Origin: an uncultured Planctomycetaceae bacterium
Lineage (GTDB): Bacteria > Planctomycetota > Planctomycetia > Isosphaerales > Isosphaeraceae
Length of the DNA: 64,000 bases
Assembly: GCA_963833985.1 (NCBI GenBank)
Contig: CAWIAD010000002.1
Location: 6,432,001 to 6,496,000 of the forward strand
Reading direction: 5' to 3'
Below the pieces are notes generated by a model, which did not search any database, was not told the origin of the DNA, and worked only from the letters and a program-made list of their open reading frames with translations. The translations under genes were made by a program, and so were the position numbers. Below, one piece after another: positions 33,554 to 44,229 of the stretch (position 1 is its first letter; each line of letters begins with the position of its first letter).

Positions 33554-35053
33554 CTGTATCCTGGGGTTGACGAACTGTAAGGTTTTTTCTGATATTCGCT
33601 TCCGTCAAGGATGTTACAAGGAAGCGAGGGCGTCATGGATCGACGATACGAAGCACGGTTGGCTGACATGCTGGCACAATCGCAGGTGTCGCCTGACTTG
33701 ATCGATGGTCTGCTGGAACGGTTGGACGTCTTCATCGAGCCGTTCGCTGCGACCCTGAGCGAACCTGAACAACATCGACATGCAACCGAGTACGTTACCG
33801 GTCTGCTGTCGAAGCTTGAGCACAAGACCGGCGAGGGAATCGCTTATCTCCACGATCAAGAACGACAAGGAATCCAAAAGTTCATCGGGCACGTGCCATG
33901 GGATCATCAACCCCTGCTCACGATCCTGGCGCAGCAGGTCGGCGAGCAACTGGGCGAGAAGGATGGGGTGATTATCTTCGACCCTTCGGGCTTCCCCAAG
34001 AAAGGGACTATGTCGGTGGGCGTCGCGCGGCAGTGGTGCGGCCGGCTGGGGAAGGTTGAGAACTGTCAGGTTGGCGTCTACATGGCTTATGCGTCTAGAA
34101 AAGAGCATACGATTACCAATGTAAGGCTTTACTTGCCCAAGGAATGGGCCAAGGATCGCGACCGCCGGAACAAGGCTGGCGTCCCCAAGTCCATCAAGTT
34201 CCAGACGCGCCATCAATTGGCCCTGGCGATGCTGGATGAGCAAGGTGGGTTGCTGCCACACGCGTGGGTGGCGGGGGACGATGAAATGGGCCGTCCCGCG
34301 AGTTTTCGCCAGGCGTTGAGGGAGCGGGGGGAGCAGTATCTGTTGGCGGTTCCGTCGAACACGACGATCCGCGATCTGGAGGCACCGCCACCGGAATATG
34401 GGGGGCGGGGTCAACCCCCCAAGGCTCCTTTCATGCGTGTGGATCATTGGCGTGCGGCCCTGCCGGAATCGGCGTGGACGAGGCTCGACGTCCGTGATGG
34501 CGAGAAGGGACCTTTGGTGGTCGACGCGATCAAGCGGCGCGTCCAATCTCGAGGACCGGGCAATCGTGCAGGTTTCGAGGAGGTCCTCTTCATCACGCGT
34601 GAGCAACAGGCCGATGGAACTGTTAAACATGATTATTATTTATCAAATAGTAAAGCCGAAACTCCGTTGATCGAATTTGGCCGGGTGGCCAAACTGGCGC
34701 ATCGGATCGAGGAGTGCCTGGAGCGGGGCAAAGGGGAGGCGGGCCTGGCCGATTACCAGGTGCGGAACTGGATCGCCTGGCATCACCATCAAACCTTGTC
34801 GCTCGTGGCCGCGTGGTTCCTGAATCAGGAGACGCGGCGGGGAAAAAATACAGACACCGGCATTGACGTCACCGCGGTTGCGGCAACTGATCGCAGGGAT
34901 CATCGAGGAACGTCTCAACGTCAACAGCCCCGAGAAGCTCTCCCGGTGCACCACACGTTGGTTGGAACGCAACGAGCTCGCCCGATTCTTCCAGCATTAC
35001 TCACGCAAACTCTTACCCCCTTTGAAGAACCAACTACGAACGTAGAGATACAG
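33554..35053 (+). mobile_element. IS701-family insertion sequence
   Basis: Ends CTGTATC and GATACAG, each flanked by TA; the empty site would read TTCTAGAA; encloses a DDE transposase. Exact ends are uncertain by a few nt. Confidence 0.85.
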
Positions 35054-35056
35054 TAG
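33611..35056 (+). CDS. IS701-family transposase
   Basis: IFDPSGFPKKG, SVGVARQWCGRLGKVENCQVGV, RLYLPKEW, GDDEMG, RIEECLERGKGEAGLADYQVRNW and WHHH. Confidence 0.93.
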   Translation: MLQGSEGVMDRRYEARLADMLAQSQVSPDLIDGLLERLDVFIEPFAATLSEPEQHRHATEYVTGLLSKLEHKTGEGIAYLHDQERQGIQKFIGHVPWDHQPLLTILAQQVGEQLGEKDGVIIFDPSGFPKKGTMSVGVARQWCGRLGKVENCQVGVYMAYASRKEHTITNVRLYLPKEWAKDRDRRNKAGVPKSIKFQTRHQLALAMLDEQGGLLPHAWVAGDDEMGRPASFRQALRERGEQYLLAVPSNTTIRDLEAPPPEYGGRGQPPKAPFMRVDHWRAALPESAWTRLDVRDGEKGPLVVDAIKRRVQSRGPGNRAGFEEVLFITREQQADGTVKHDYYLSNSKAETPLIEFGRVAKLAHRIEECLERGKGEAGLADYQVRNWIAWHHHQTLSLVAAWFLNQETRRGKNTDTGIDVTAVAATDRRDHRGTSQRQQPREALPVHHTLVGTQRARPILPALLTQTLTPFEEPTTNVEIQ

Positions 35057-35128
35057 AAATAGAAACGACCGATGCCGCACCGTGAGGCGTGGCACCGGTC
35101 GCATCTGGAGACGATTCATGGATCGGCA

Positions 35129-36343
35129 TCAGCCCAGCAGACGATCGACTTCCGGGAGCAGCTCAGCGAAGTTGAGCTTGTTGGGGCAGGCTGCGCGAGC
35201 GGCATCGAGATCGGCCTCGCGCCAGTTCTTCTCCTCCTCGGTGAGTTCGGCGTAGCCTTCGCGGGCCTGCTGGCGCGAGCCGTGGTGCTCGTGGTAGGTG
35301 AGGAAGCGGGCCAGGTCGCCAAGGCGTGCGTCGGTGCCGGCAGCGCGGCTGCACCGGCCGTCGCAATCAGCGCACATCATCGGCCCGGCGGACACGATCG
35401 AATCGTGCAGGGCGCGGATGTCGGCCTCCTTGAGCGGCTCGAAGCGGCGTGCGGCGTCGGTGTTCTGGTTCACCTGGTCGGTGTTCATCATGGTGACGCA
35501 GGTGGCGGAGATGCGCGGGTCCGACCAGATGGCCGTGAGCAAGCCCTGGTAGGGGTTCAGCCCACGCTCCAGCAGCGCCGGAACGTTGTCCTTGACCTTG
35601 GTGTGGCCGGCCATCTGCTTCATGGAGACCAGGCCGATGCCCTTGGCGTGGGCGGCGTCGAGGGCGCGGTTGACCGGGTCGTCCTTCGCCAGGAAGGGAC
35701 TGAAGGCGAGCATGATCACGTCGATGAAGCCCCCGTCGGCGGCGTTCTGGATCTGCTGGGCCTTGAGGCGGTCATGCGTGGAGAAGCCGACGAAGCGCAC
35801 CTTGCCGGTCTTCTTGATGGCCTCGACGGCTTCCTTCATCTCCTTGCTCTTGGGCCAGTCCACCTGGTTGCTGGAGAGGCCGTGGAAGAAGAGCAGGTCG
35901 ATATAATCGGTGCCCAGCGCGGCCAGCCGCTGATCCACCTGCTTGACCATGTCGCCGGGGCGCCGGACGCCATTTTTGGTGGCCAGGAAGATCTGCTTGC
36001 GCACCTCGGGCATGGCCGTGAACCACTTCTTGAACGCGGGCTCGGTGCGGTACGCCGCGGCCGTGTCGAAGTAGCGCACGCCCTTCATGAACGAGTAGCG
36101 GAGCAGCCGGTCGAGGGCGTCGGGCTGGCGGACGGTTCCCTGGTTGACGAGGGTCACCTCCGCGCCGGTCTTGCCCAGCACGCGGCGCGGCAAGTCCGTG
36201 GTTTTCTTCGCGGCGTCGTCCTTCGCGCCAGCCACCTGAGCGGCGGAAGCTCCCGCGGCCAGCGAGGTGGCGGCCGCCGTCGCGGCCGCGCCGGCCTGGA
36301 TGAAATCACGGCGATGCATCGGGTTGGTACCATTCTCAGACAT
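35129..36343 (-). CDS. Aldo/keto reductase with Tat-like signal and C-terminal Cys cluster, copy 1
   Basis: RRDFIQ, RRVLGKTG, FDTAAAY, ATK, DYIDLLFFH, GFSTH and CADCDGRC...CP. Confidence 0.9.
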   Translation of the reverse strand: MSENGTNPMHRRDFIQAGAAATAAATSLAAGASAAQVAGAKDDAAKKTTDLPRRVLGKTGAEVTLVNQGTVRQPDALDRLLRYSFMKGVRYFDTAAAYRTEPAFKKWFTAMPEVRKQIFLATKNGVRRPGDMVKQVDQRLAALGTDYIDLLFFHGLSSNQVDWPKSKEMKEAVEAIKKTGKVRFVGFSTHDRLKAQQIQNAADGGFIDVIMLAFSPFLAKDDPVNRALDAAHAKGIGLVSMKQMAGHTKVKDNVPALLERGLNPYQGLLTAIWSDPRISATCVTMMNTDQVNQNTDAARRFEPLKEADIRALHDSIVSAGPMMCADCDGRCSRAAGTDARLGDLARFLTYHEHHGSRQQAREGYAELTEEEKNWREADLDAARAACPNKLNFAELLPEVDRLLG

Positions 36344-36539
36344 CGATCCGTTCTCCGAAGAAAGTGAAGCGGGAGAGGCGCAGGGCGGAAGCGGGTACGA
36401 CTCGTACAGGTGAACGTCACGGACAGGTGAGATGGAGCGGGTCCGGCACGGCCCAGGCGTGATGAACCGCCGTGCCGGAAGCCGCGTTATACCGATGAAA
36501 TAGCGTTAACGAAAAGGGCATGAGGCTTGCGACAGACTT

Positions 36540-36662
36540 GTTCCCACGCTCTGCGTGGGAACACCGGTCGGGACGCTCTGCGTTCCTTGGATTCCCAGCC
36601 TCAGCACGGGCCCAGTCGACGCGGAGCGTCGCAGACGGCATTCCCACGCGGAGCGTGGGAAC
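36540..36662. repeat. REP-like palindrome cluster
   Basis: GTTCCCACGCTCTGCGTGGGAAC and TTCCCACGCGGAGCGTGGGAAC in inverted arrangement, with two inner short palindromes. Confidence 0.85.
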
Positions 36663-36716
36663 GAGGGACAAACGTATGCCTGCACTCAACTTATCGCTAT
36701 TTCAACGGTATTGGAC

Positions 36717-37930
36717 TTAGCCCAGAAGCCGGTCGACCTCGGGCAGGAGCTGGGCGAAATCGAGCTTGCTGTGGCAAGCTTCACGGGCGGCGTCGAGATC
36801 GGCGTCGCGCCAGTTCCGTTCCTCTTCCGTGAGCGCGGCGTACTCCTCGCGGGCCTGGCGGCGTGCGCCATGGTGCTCGTGATACGTGAGGAAGCGGGCC
36901 AGGTCGCCCAGACGGGCGTTCGTGCCGGCGGCTTCGCTGCACCGGCCGTCACAGTTGGCGCACATCATGGGCCCGGCGGCCACAACGGCCTCGTGCAGGG
37001 CGCGCAGGTCGGCCTCCTTGAGCGGCTCGAAGCGGCGTGCGGCCTCGGTGTTCTGGTTGATCTGGTCGGTGTTGGTCATGGTGACGCAGGTGGCGGAGAT
37101 GCGCGGGTCCGACCAGATGGCGGTGAGCAGCCCTTGATGCGTGTTCAGCCCGCGCTCCAGCAGCGCCGGGACGTTGTTCCGCACCTTGGTGTGGCCGGCC
37201 ATCTGCTTCATGGAGACCAGGCCGATGCCCTTGGCGTGGGCGGCGTCGAGGGCGCGGTTGACCGGGTCGTCCTTCTTGAGGAACGGATCGAAGGCCAGCA
37301 TGATGACGTCGACAAAGCCCCCCTCGGCGGCGTTCTGGATCTGCTGGGCCTTGAGGCGGTCATGCGTGGAGAAACCGACGAAGCGCACCTTGCCAGTCTT
37401 CTTGACGGCCTCCATCGCTTCTTTCATTTCCTTGCTCTTGGGCCAGTCGACCTGCCGGCTCTCCAGGCCGTGGAAGAAGAGCAGGTCGATGTAGTCCGTG
37501 CCCAGGGCCGCGAGCCGCTTGTCCACCTGGTTGACCATCTGGCCGGGGGTTCTCACATGGTCCTTGGTGGCCAGGAATATCTGCTTGCGGACTTCTGGCT
37601 GGGCGGCGAACCAGGCCTTGAACCGATCCTCGGTGCGATAGCCGGCGGCCGTATCGTAGTAGCGCACGCCGCGGAGGAACGAGTAACGCAGCAGGCGATC
37701 GAGCGAATCGGGGGCGCGCCAGGTGCCCGCATTGACGATCGTCACCTCGACACCCGTGTTGCCCAGAACGCGCCGGGGCAGATCAGCGGCTTTCTTCGCG
37801 GCTGGAGCTTGCGCACGGCCGCCTGCGCCGCGGTAGCTCCCGCGGCCAGCGAGCTGGCGGCAGCCGTCGCAACCGCGCCGGCCTGGATGAAATCACGGCG
37901 ATGCATCGGGTTGGTACCATTCTCAGACAT
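36717..37930 (-). CDS. Aldo/keto reductase, copy 2 (frameshift near 37812)
   Basis: Same MSENGTNPMHRRDFIQ start and the same motifs as copy 1. Confidence 0.88.
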
Positions 37931-38192
37931 CGATCCGTTCTCCGGGGTTCTGAACGACACGTGCAGACTTTCCCACACAGTGAGAAAGCGATCTTCTCCG
38001 GTTCCTGGTCCCCTCTTTTTCGATCGCAAGATGTTCCTGCCACGGTAACATGGATACACATTCGCCGTTTCTGGTCTGTACGTCAAGACGGCGAGGATCG
38101 CATGGATCGGGCGGGGGCACAGGCCGGCGCGGTCGGATCCTGGCCGGGTCAGGCTGCGCCTTCGTCCATCAATCCATCACGCGAGGTGTACG

Positions 38193-38672
38193 GTGCTGCT
38201 CGCCGACGTCATCTTTCCCGCGCCCTCCGCGGCGTACCTGGCGAACCTGTTTTTTCCCATCTCGGCGGTCCTCGCGCTGGCCGCCGAATATGCCGTGTTT
38301 GCCTGGTTCCAGCGCGGGGTGATCGCACGGTGGCGCCTGCCTGGCGTCGTCGTGGGCGTGAACCTGTTTTCCTGGATCGTCGGGATCTTGCTCTCGTTCT
38401 GCCTGCCCACCGGACTGGTCCCGAAGCTCGCCAGCGTGGGAGATCACGACATCGAGATCCTCACTCAGGGCCCGCATTATGGGCTCATGGCCCTGCTCAG
38501 CTTCGTGGGGGCGTGCCTGTTGAGCTTCGCACTCGAGTACGCACTGCTGAGGCTGCTGCGGAGCCGGCTGCCGTTCCGCAGGCTCATGCTCTGCACACTG
38601 GTGGCGAACCTTGCGAGCTATCTGGTCATCATTGCCGTGGTGGGCATCCACCTCCACTTCGATCTGTTGTAA
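38193..38672 (+). CDS. Hypothetical membrane protein
   Basis: 159 aa with about four hydrophobic helices and an internal repeat (EY...N..S). Confidence 0.7.
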   Translation: MLLADVIFPAPSAAYLANLFFPISAVLALAAEYAVFAWFQRGVIARWRLPGVVVGVNLFSWIVGILLSFCLPTGLVPKLASVGDHDIEILTQGPHYGLMALLSFVGACLLSFALEYALLRLLRSRLPFRRLMLCTLVANLASYLVIIAVVGIHLHFDLL

Positions 38673-38900
38673 ATAGCTCCACGTAAGAGGGAAAGTGTGG
38701 AACGGCCGCCCTCGGCCGTCCTGAGCCAGCCGAAGGCGGCTGGCCCACATTCCAAGAGGCGAGGATCTATTTAGGGCGGTCTGGCGATGCCGTCGCTTGT
38801 TTCTGAGCCGCAGCGCGGCGACATGATCGATCGGCCCTGCGACGCGTGAGAACCTGGGGCTCACGCCCAGGACGCTGCCCGGTGTCAGGCCGAAGGAGTG

Positions 38901-41900
38901 CTAGCGCGTGAATCGAGCGAGCAGTGGCTGGAAGCCTGGACGCGAACGGATGGCTTCCAGGTCCGGGTCGTTCCTGGCGGCCGGAGCGGGAAAGCCCCCT
39001 CGCAGAGCCAGCTCCAGCATGTCGAGCGCCCGGTCGCCCACGCGCGAGTCGCCGGCCGATCCGGCGTAGAGTGCCAGGGCGCAGGCAGCGTTGTAGAGGC
39101 GACGGGCTGTGGGTGCCTGTACCAGCGAGTCCACGTCGTCCAGGACCGAACGATTGCCCAGGCGGCCGCGGACCAGGGCGCGGAGCTGGAGAGCGTCGAT
39201 CAGGTTGGGGTCCGAGTGGAGCGCGGCGTCGAGGTGCGCGAGGGCCGCGCCCGGCTCGCCCGAGCGGACCAAACGCGCGATACCGTAATGGGCCAGGGCG
39301 TTGCGTGGATCCTTTTGCAGGACCGCAGTGAAATCCTGGTGTGCCGCCGCCGGGTCGCGCGGCACGCGGCTCATGCCGCGCGCGACGAGAACCACCGGGT
39401 CATCCGGAGACGTCTCCAGGAACTCGCGGAACATCGCCTCGGCCTCGTCGTGCCGGCCGAGACGGGCCAGGCTTTCTCCGAGTGCGGCCAGGACCGCCGG
39501 CTCGCGCCGGCCCCGGGTCACCGCGGCTCTCAGGTCCACCAGCGCGTCGGCTGTCCGGTCAAGCTCCAGCTCCACCAGTGCGCGGTCCACGCGCGCCTCG
39601 ATCAGATCGGAATCGAGTTCGATCGCCCGGTCGTAGGAGAGCTTCGCGTCGAGCAGCCGCCCGGCCCGTGCCAGGGCGAGCGCCCGGTTGAAATGGCACC
39701 AGCCATATTCCGGCCCGCGCGCCACGCAGGCGCTGAAATCGCCGGCGGCCTCGAGGTAACGTCCCTGTTCAAAGTGGCAATGTCCCATCACGAACCAGGC
39801 CCACAGCGACGTGGTATCTCTGGCGATGGCCGCGCGCAGAGCGGACTCGGCGCCGGCAAGGTCGCCGCTGGCCAGGAGCGAGCTGCCCAGCATGGTCAGG
39901 TCGCGGCAGTCGGTCGGAGCAATCCGGGAGGCGCGGTCGCGGTCGCGGCGCGCCAGCTCGGTCTCGCCCCGTGCGGCGTGGTAGCCGGCGCGGTCGGCGA
40001 AGAGCGCGGAGGGAGGCTCGCGGTCGAGCCGCTCGGCCAGCTCCAGCAGGGCGATTGCGTGGTCCAGCGCATTGCGACGTGCCGTGCTCGAGCCGTCACG
40101 AGCCGACAGTACGACCCCTCCGCGCGCCTCGAGGATCAGGAGCTCCACCGTCTGCCGCCAGAGCCTCTGGGCCTCCGGCGGCCTGAGCCGGCGCACCCAT
40201 TCCGGGGGCGTCCCCGCGCTGGCGTGGCTATCGGGACCTTGCGGCAATGCGGGTGGCGCGTCGCCGCGGATTCCCAGGTCCTCCAGCAGCCCGGCTGCAC
40301 GCTCCATTCCCCGTTGCAGCAGCCCTGGATCGCGGCTCGATGCTCCCAGCAGGAACTGGCTGTCGATGAAGCCGCGGTCGAACGCCTGGAGCTTCATGCG
40401 AGCGGCCAGGTCAAGCATGCCGTCGTACACGAGTGCGACCGACGCGGTGAGGATTCCCAGGAGCACGAGTGAGACAATCGCGATCGAGGTGGATCCGCAA
40501 AGGCCGGGATGCCGCCGCGTCCATTTCCCCAGCCGTTCACGCAGGCTCGGTTCCGGGCAGTGCTTCATGGGCAGATGGTCGAGGAACCGCCTCAGGTCCT
40601 CGCCGAGGTCGCGTGCGGCCTGGTAGCGGTGGTCCGGTTCGGGATCGAGACACTGGCAGACCAGCGCGTCAATACTCCAGGGCACCTCCGGGCAGCGGGC
40701 CCGCAGCGAGGGCGCGGGCCGGCTGCGCTCGGCGATCATGGCGCGGATGGTCGCCACGGTGTGCAGGTCGGATGGCGGATCGGGGAACGGATGACTGCCG
40801 CTGATCATCTCGAAGAGGATGATTCCCAGGGCGTACAGGTCGGAACGCTCGTCGACCGCGTCGGCCGACGTCAATCCCTCGGGGTCGATCGCGTCGAGAT
40901 GCTCGGGAGCCATGTACGGGAGCGTTCCGCCAAGCAGGGCGCGGGCGACGATGGGCCCGGCTGCCCCAGCCGCGGTCTCCAGAACGGTGCCGGCGGCATC
41001 GGGGGCCGGCGGGGCCGCCTCGGCCGCAGCCGCCAGGTTGAAGTCCAGCAGCATGGGCGTGCCGTCGGCGGCGATGAGGATGTTGGCCGGCTTCAGGTCG
41101 CGGTGCAGCAGCCCGCGCGAGTGAGCATGATCGAGCCCCTCGGCCAGCCTGGCGACGATCCAGACCGCGGCCTCGATGCCGCTGGCGCCGCGGAGGAACT
41201 GGCGCGAGGGCTGGCCATCGTCGGCCTGGTCACCGGCCATACTATCAACCGCGCTGCCCGGGCGAACCAGCCGATTCATCAGCCCACGCAGCCGGCCTGC
41301 GTGGGCTTGCGGCGGGTCCGCCGCAGCATTCGGGAGCGGCTTGACGGTCTCGATCGCGGCAGACTGGGGCTGGCCTGGCGCGGCCGGTGCCGGCAACGAT
41401 CGTGCACGGGTCCGGGAGCGGATCTCGGCGTGCGTCCGGAGCCGGGTTCGGGAGGGCAACCTTGACCGCTGCGATCCTCCTCCTGACAGGCCGAGCGCCT
41501 GGGAGACGTCCTGGCCGGCAGCCACGGGCAGCCGCTGGCTGAACTGGTCGAGCGCTTCCACCAGGCTGCGGCCGGTGGCCTGGGTATGCGTCAGCCCCCA
41601 GGCTTCCTGGAGCAACTGTGCGAGGTTGGCACCGCCGAAGAAGGGCATGCAGAGGAGCCGAAGGCCCGTCGCCGGCTCATCCAGAACCGAGTGGACCGGA
41701 ACAATGTGCGCGTGTTGAAGCCGTGCGAGGACGCGGGGTTCGTCACCCTCGGCGCGCGAGACCTTGAGCGCGACCAGTCGGCGGCCCAGGTTCACCTCCT
41801 CGGCCAGGTAAACCCGGGCGAAGGCCCCGCGGCCCAGTTCCAGAAGCAGCCGGAAGCCGCCGATGTCGCTCCCCACGCGCGGCCAGCCTGGCCCGGCCGC

Positions 41901-42221
41901 GCGGCCCGTTTCCCGGCTTTTGAGGCTTGCTGCCCTGGAGCCATCAACGGGCGCCAGGCCCAGTTCGCAGTCGCCGCTGACAGGGCCCGGCAGGCCCTGC
42001 AAGCGTTCTCCCGCGCCGGGGGCAGATGGATCGAATGCCCGGAACAGCATCGTCGGCCCGGCGGGATAGGAATCGGCTGCCTCAAGTCCGGAGGGAATCA
42101 CCGTGGCAAGTCTGGAGGGCGGCCGCAAGAGCGATTCGTTCTCGCTTGGCGGGTTCCATCCTTCCATCAACTCGCGCGCGGAATCCTGCCACGAGCCGCC
42201 GGTCTGGCCTGTTGAACTCAT
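38901..42221 (-). CDS. Hanks-type Ser/Thr kinase with TM segment and C-terminal TPRs
   Basis: LGRGAFARVY, VALK, HRDLKPANIL, DFN, GTLPYMAPE, DLYALG, TPRs and YNAAC. Confidence 0.93.
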   Translation of the reverse strand: MSSTGQTGGSWQDSARELMEGWNPPSENESLLRPPSRLATVIPSGLEAADSYPAGPTMLFRAFDPSAPGAGERLQGLPGPVSGDCELGLAPVDGSRAASLKSRETGRAAGPGWPRVGSDIGGFRLLLELGRGAFARVYLAEEVNLGRRLVALKVSRAEGDEPRVLARLQHAHIVPVHSVLDEPATGLRLLCMPFFGGANLAQLLQEAWGLTHTQATGRSLVEALDQFSQRLPVAAGQDVSQALGLSGGGSQRSRLPSRTRLRTHAEIRSRTRARSLPAPAAPGQPQSAAIETVKPLPNAAADPPQAHAGRLRGLMNRLVRPGSAVDSMAGDQADDGQPSRQFLRGASGIEAAVWIVARLAEGLDHAHSRGLLHRDLKPANILIAADGTPMLLDFNLAAAAEAAPPAPDAAGTVLETAAGAAGPIVARALLGGTLPYMAPEHLDAIDPEGLTSADAVDERSDLYALGIILFEMISGSHPFPDPPSDLHTVATIRAMIAERSRPAPSLRARCPEVPWSIDALVCQCLDPEPDHRYQAARDLGEDLRRFLDHLPMKHCPEPSLRERLGKWTRRHPGLCGSTSIAIVSLVLLGILTASVALVYDGMLDLAARMKLQAFDRGFIDSQFLLGASSRDPGLLQRGMERAAGLLEDLGIRGDAPPALPQGPDSHASAGTPPEWVRRLRPPEAQRLWRQTVELLILEARGGVVLSARDGSSTARRNALDHAIALLELAERLDREPPSALFADRAGYHAARGETELARRDRDRASRIAPTDCRDLTMLGSSLLASGDLAGAESALRAAIARDTTSLWAWFVMGHCHFEQGRYLEAAGDFSACVARGPEYGWCHFNRALALARAGRLLDAKLSYDRAIELDSDLIEARVDRALVELELDRTADALVDLRAAVTRGRREPAVLAALGESLARLGRHDEAEAMFREFLETSPDDPVVLVARGMSRVPRDPAAAHQDFTAVLQKDPRNALAHYGIARLVRSGEPGAALAHLDAALHSDPNLIDALQLRALVRGRLGNRSVLDDVDSLVQAPTARRLYNAACALALYAGSAGDSRVGDRALDMLELALRGGFPAPAARNDPDLEAIRSRPGFQPLLARFTR

Positions 42222-42483
42222 CGTCGCTCCGGAAAGGCCCAGGATCGGAAGTTACCGTCCGCGATCGAGGGCATCGCCCTGCGGTGGCCGAGCCCTCCCC
42301 ACCTATTGGTCTATAGGTCTTCCCGGCCGTGCTGTCCAGGAACCACACGCCATGGACTTGCGTGAGCGCCCGAGCAGTCTTCCCGACGGTTCGGGAGACG
42401 CGTGAGACCGTTGTGTACTAGGTTTCTTCTCGGATGAGTTCCCGTCCCGCTCCAGAGGTCGCCAGGTCAAGAAGGTCAGATCC

Positions 42484-44112
42484 ATGGTCACCAGCAGGAC
42501 GAGCCAGAACGGCGGCACCGGTCTCAACGGCCCGTGCGGCAGCGAGCTGTACCGGCGCACGGCGGGCCATGGCCTGCACAGAATTGCAGCGGCGCTGGCT
42601 CACGAATTCACGGCTCCGGTGGGAATCTTCGATCCGGAGCAACGTCAGTGGAGCGTGATCCTGGGTGCCAGCCGGGCGGACCTGCCGCCCCTGGACAGCA
42701 AGCTCCTGGAGCTCATGAATTCCAGCGGCCTGCGTCTGGGACGGGTGGCGCTCTGGCGGCAGGACGAGAACCGGGCAATCACCTGGCTGGTGCTCCCCCT
42801 GACCTCGTCGGAGGCGGCCGACCTGGTGGCCCTGGCGGGGTTCCTCTCGCCGGACGCAACCGCCGGGCGGCCGCTCGTGCCCGGACTGGCGGCCCATGAC
42901 GTTGCGGGCGGCCCGCCTGTCTGGGGCCCGGCCTGTCCGGAACCGGCCCTGCGGGCCTGGGGCCAGCAGTTTCTCAACCGGCTGCAAGGCGATGAGGACA
43001 CCCGGGTTTACCCCGTGCACCCGGGCGCCGATGAGGAGGAAGCCGAGCACGTGGTGATCGGCCGGCTGATCCGCAGGATGCGGGTTTCCGAGTCGCCGGC
43101 CAGGTTCCAGTCGCTGGCCGCCAATGTCCTGAAGACGTCGCTGGCAATGTCCGCCGTGGCCTGGGTGCCTTGCGACGCGCACGACGGGGTCGTGACCAGT
43201 GGCGAGATCGAAGGACTGAATGTGGAGGCGTACCGCCATTTCGTTCCCCTGGTGCCCCGCGAGGCGGCGTACGTGGTGAACGACCTCAGCCAGCCGCCCG
43301 CCGGCATGCCCGCCCCACCGGCATACCGCTTCGCCTGCGTCCCGGCCGGCACCGCCGGCTGGCTGGTCGCCGTCAAACCCCAGCACGACCGGCACATCGG
43401 CGCCCCCGAGATCGAGCGCATGCAGTACGTGGCGTCGCTCATTGCCACCCAGTCCAGCAACGCCAGGACCTACGTCGAGCTCAAGGAACTGCTCTTCGGC
43501 ATCATCCGCGCCCTCACGGCTGCCATCGATGCCAAGGACCCCAACACGTCTGGCCACTCCGAGCGCATGGCGCGGATCGCGGTGCGCCTCGCGGAAGAGC
43601 TGTCCATGCCGCCCCAGAAGCGCAGCGACCTCTACCTGGCCGGCTTGCTGCACGACATTGGCAAGATCGGCGTCGATGACAATGTGCTCAAGAAGCGCGG
43701 GCCGCTCACGCCCGAGGAGTACCGTATCATCCAGGCTCATGTCGAGATCGGTGTGACCATCCTCAAGGACCTGAAGAAGCTCAGCCACATCCTGCCCGGC
43801 GTCCGACACCATCACGAGAGCCTCGACGGCACCGGCTACCCCGACCACCTCTCCGGCGAGGAGATCCCACTGGAAGCACGCATCCTCGCCGTGGCCGACT
43901 CGTTCGACGCCATGTCGAGCGACCGGCTTTACCGCAAGCGGCTCACGCCGATGCAGATCGACGAAGTGTTCCGCAAGGGGCGGGGCCAGCAGTGGGACGG
44001 CAAGGTCGTCGATGCGCTCTTCGCTTGCCGCGCCGACGTGGAGGCCATCCGCCAGAAGGGCCTGGGAGAAAGCCTGATCGGTGCAGTGAACGTCACCCTG
44101 GGACGGAGCTGA
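42484..44112 (+). CDS. HD-GYP phosphodiesterase with N-terminal sensory region
   Basis: DAKDPNTSGHSER, LHDIGK, HHESLDGTGYP and ADSFDAM. Confidence 0.92.
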   Translation: MVTSRTSQNGGTGLNGPCGSELYRRTAGHGLHRIAAALAHEFTAPVGIFDPEQRQWSVILGASRADLPPLDSKLLELMNSSGLRLGRVALWRQDENRAITWLVLPLTSSEAADLVALAGFLSPDATAGRPLVPGLAAHDVAGGPPVWGPACPEPALRAWGQQFLNRLQGDEDTRVYPVHPGADEEEAEHVVIGRLIRRMRVSESPARFQSLAANVLKTSLAMSAVAWVPCDAHDGVVTSGEIEGLNVEAYRHFVPLVPREAAYVVNDLSQPPAGMPAPPAYRFACVPAGTAGWLVAVKPQHDRHIGAPEIERMQYVASLIATQSSNARTYVELKELLFGIIRALTAAIDAKDPNTSGHSERMARIAVRLAEELSMPPQKRSDLYLAGLLHDIGKIGVDDNVLKKRGPLTPEEYRIIQAHVEIGVTILKDLKKLSHILPGVRHHHESLDGTGYPDHLSGEEIPLEARILAVADSFDAMSSDRLYRKRLTPMQIDEVFRKGRGQQWDGKVVDALFACRADVEAIRQKGLGESLIGAVNVTLGRS

Positions 44113-44229
44113 TCCGGCAAGCAGAATCGGCTGCACTTCCGACAGTCTGCTGGACCTCGTCGCGACGGTCGTGTTGCTCTAGAATAGAGCTGCGCAGACC
44201 GCAGCCATGGCTCCGACGAGGTCTTGAGC

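Noticed and set aside
36540..36662. Palindromic repeats as a CRISPR array
   Set aside because: Only two long copies, inverted rather than direct, with no regular spacers or cas genes.
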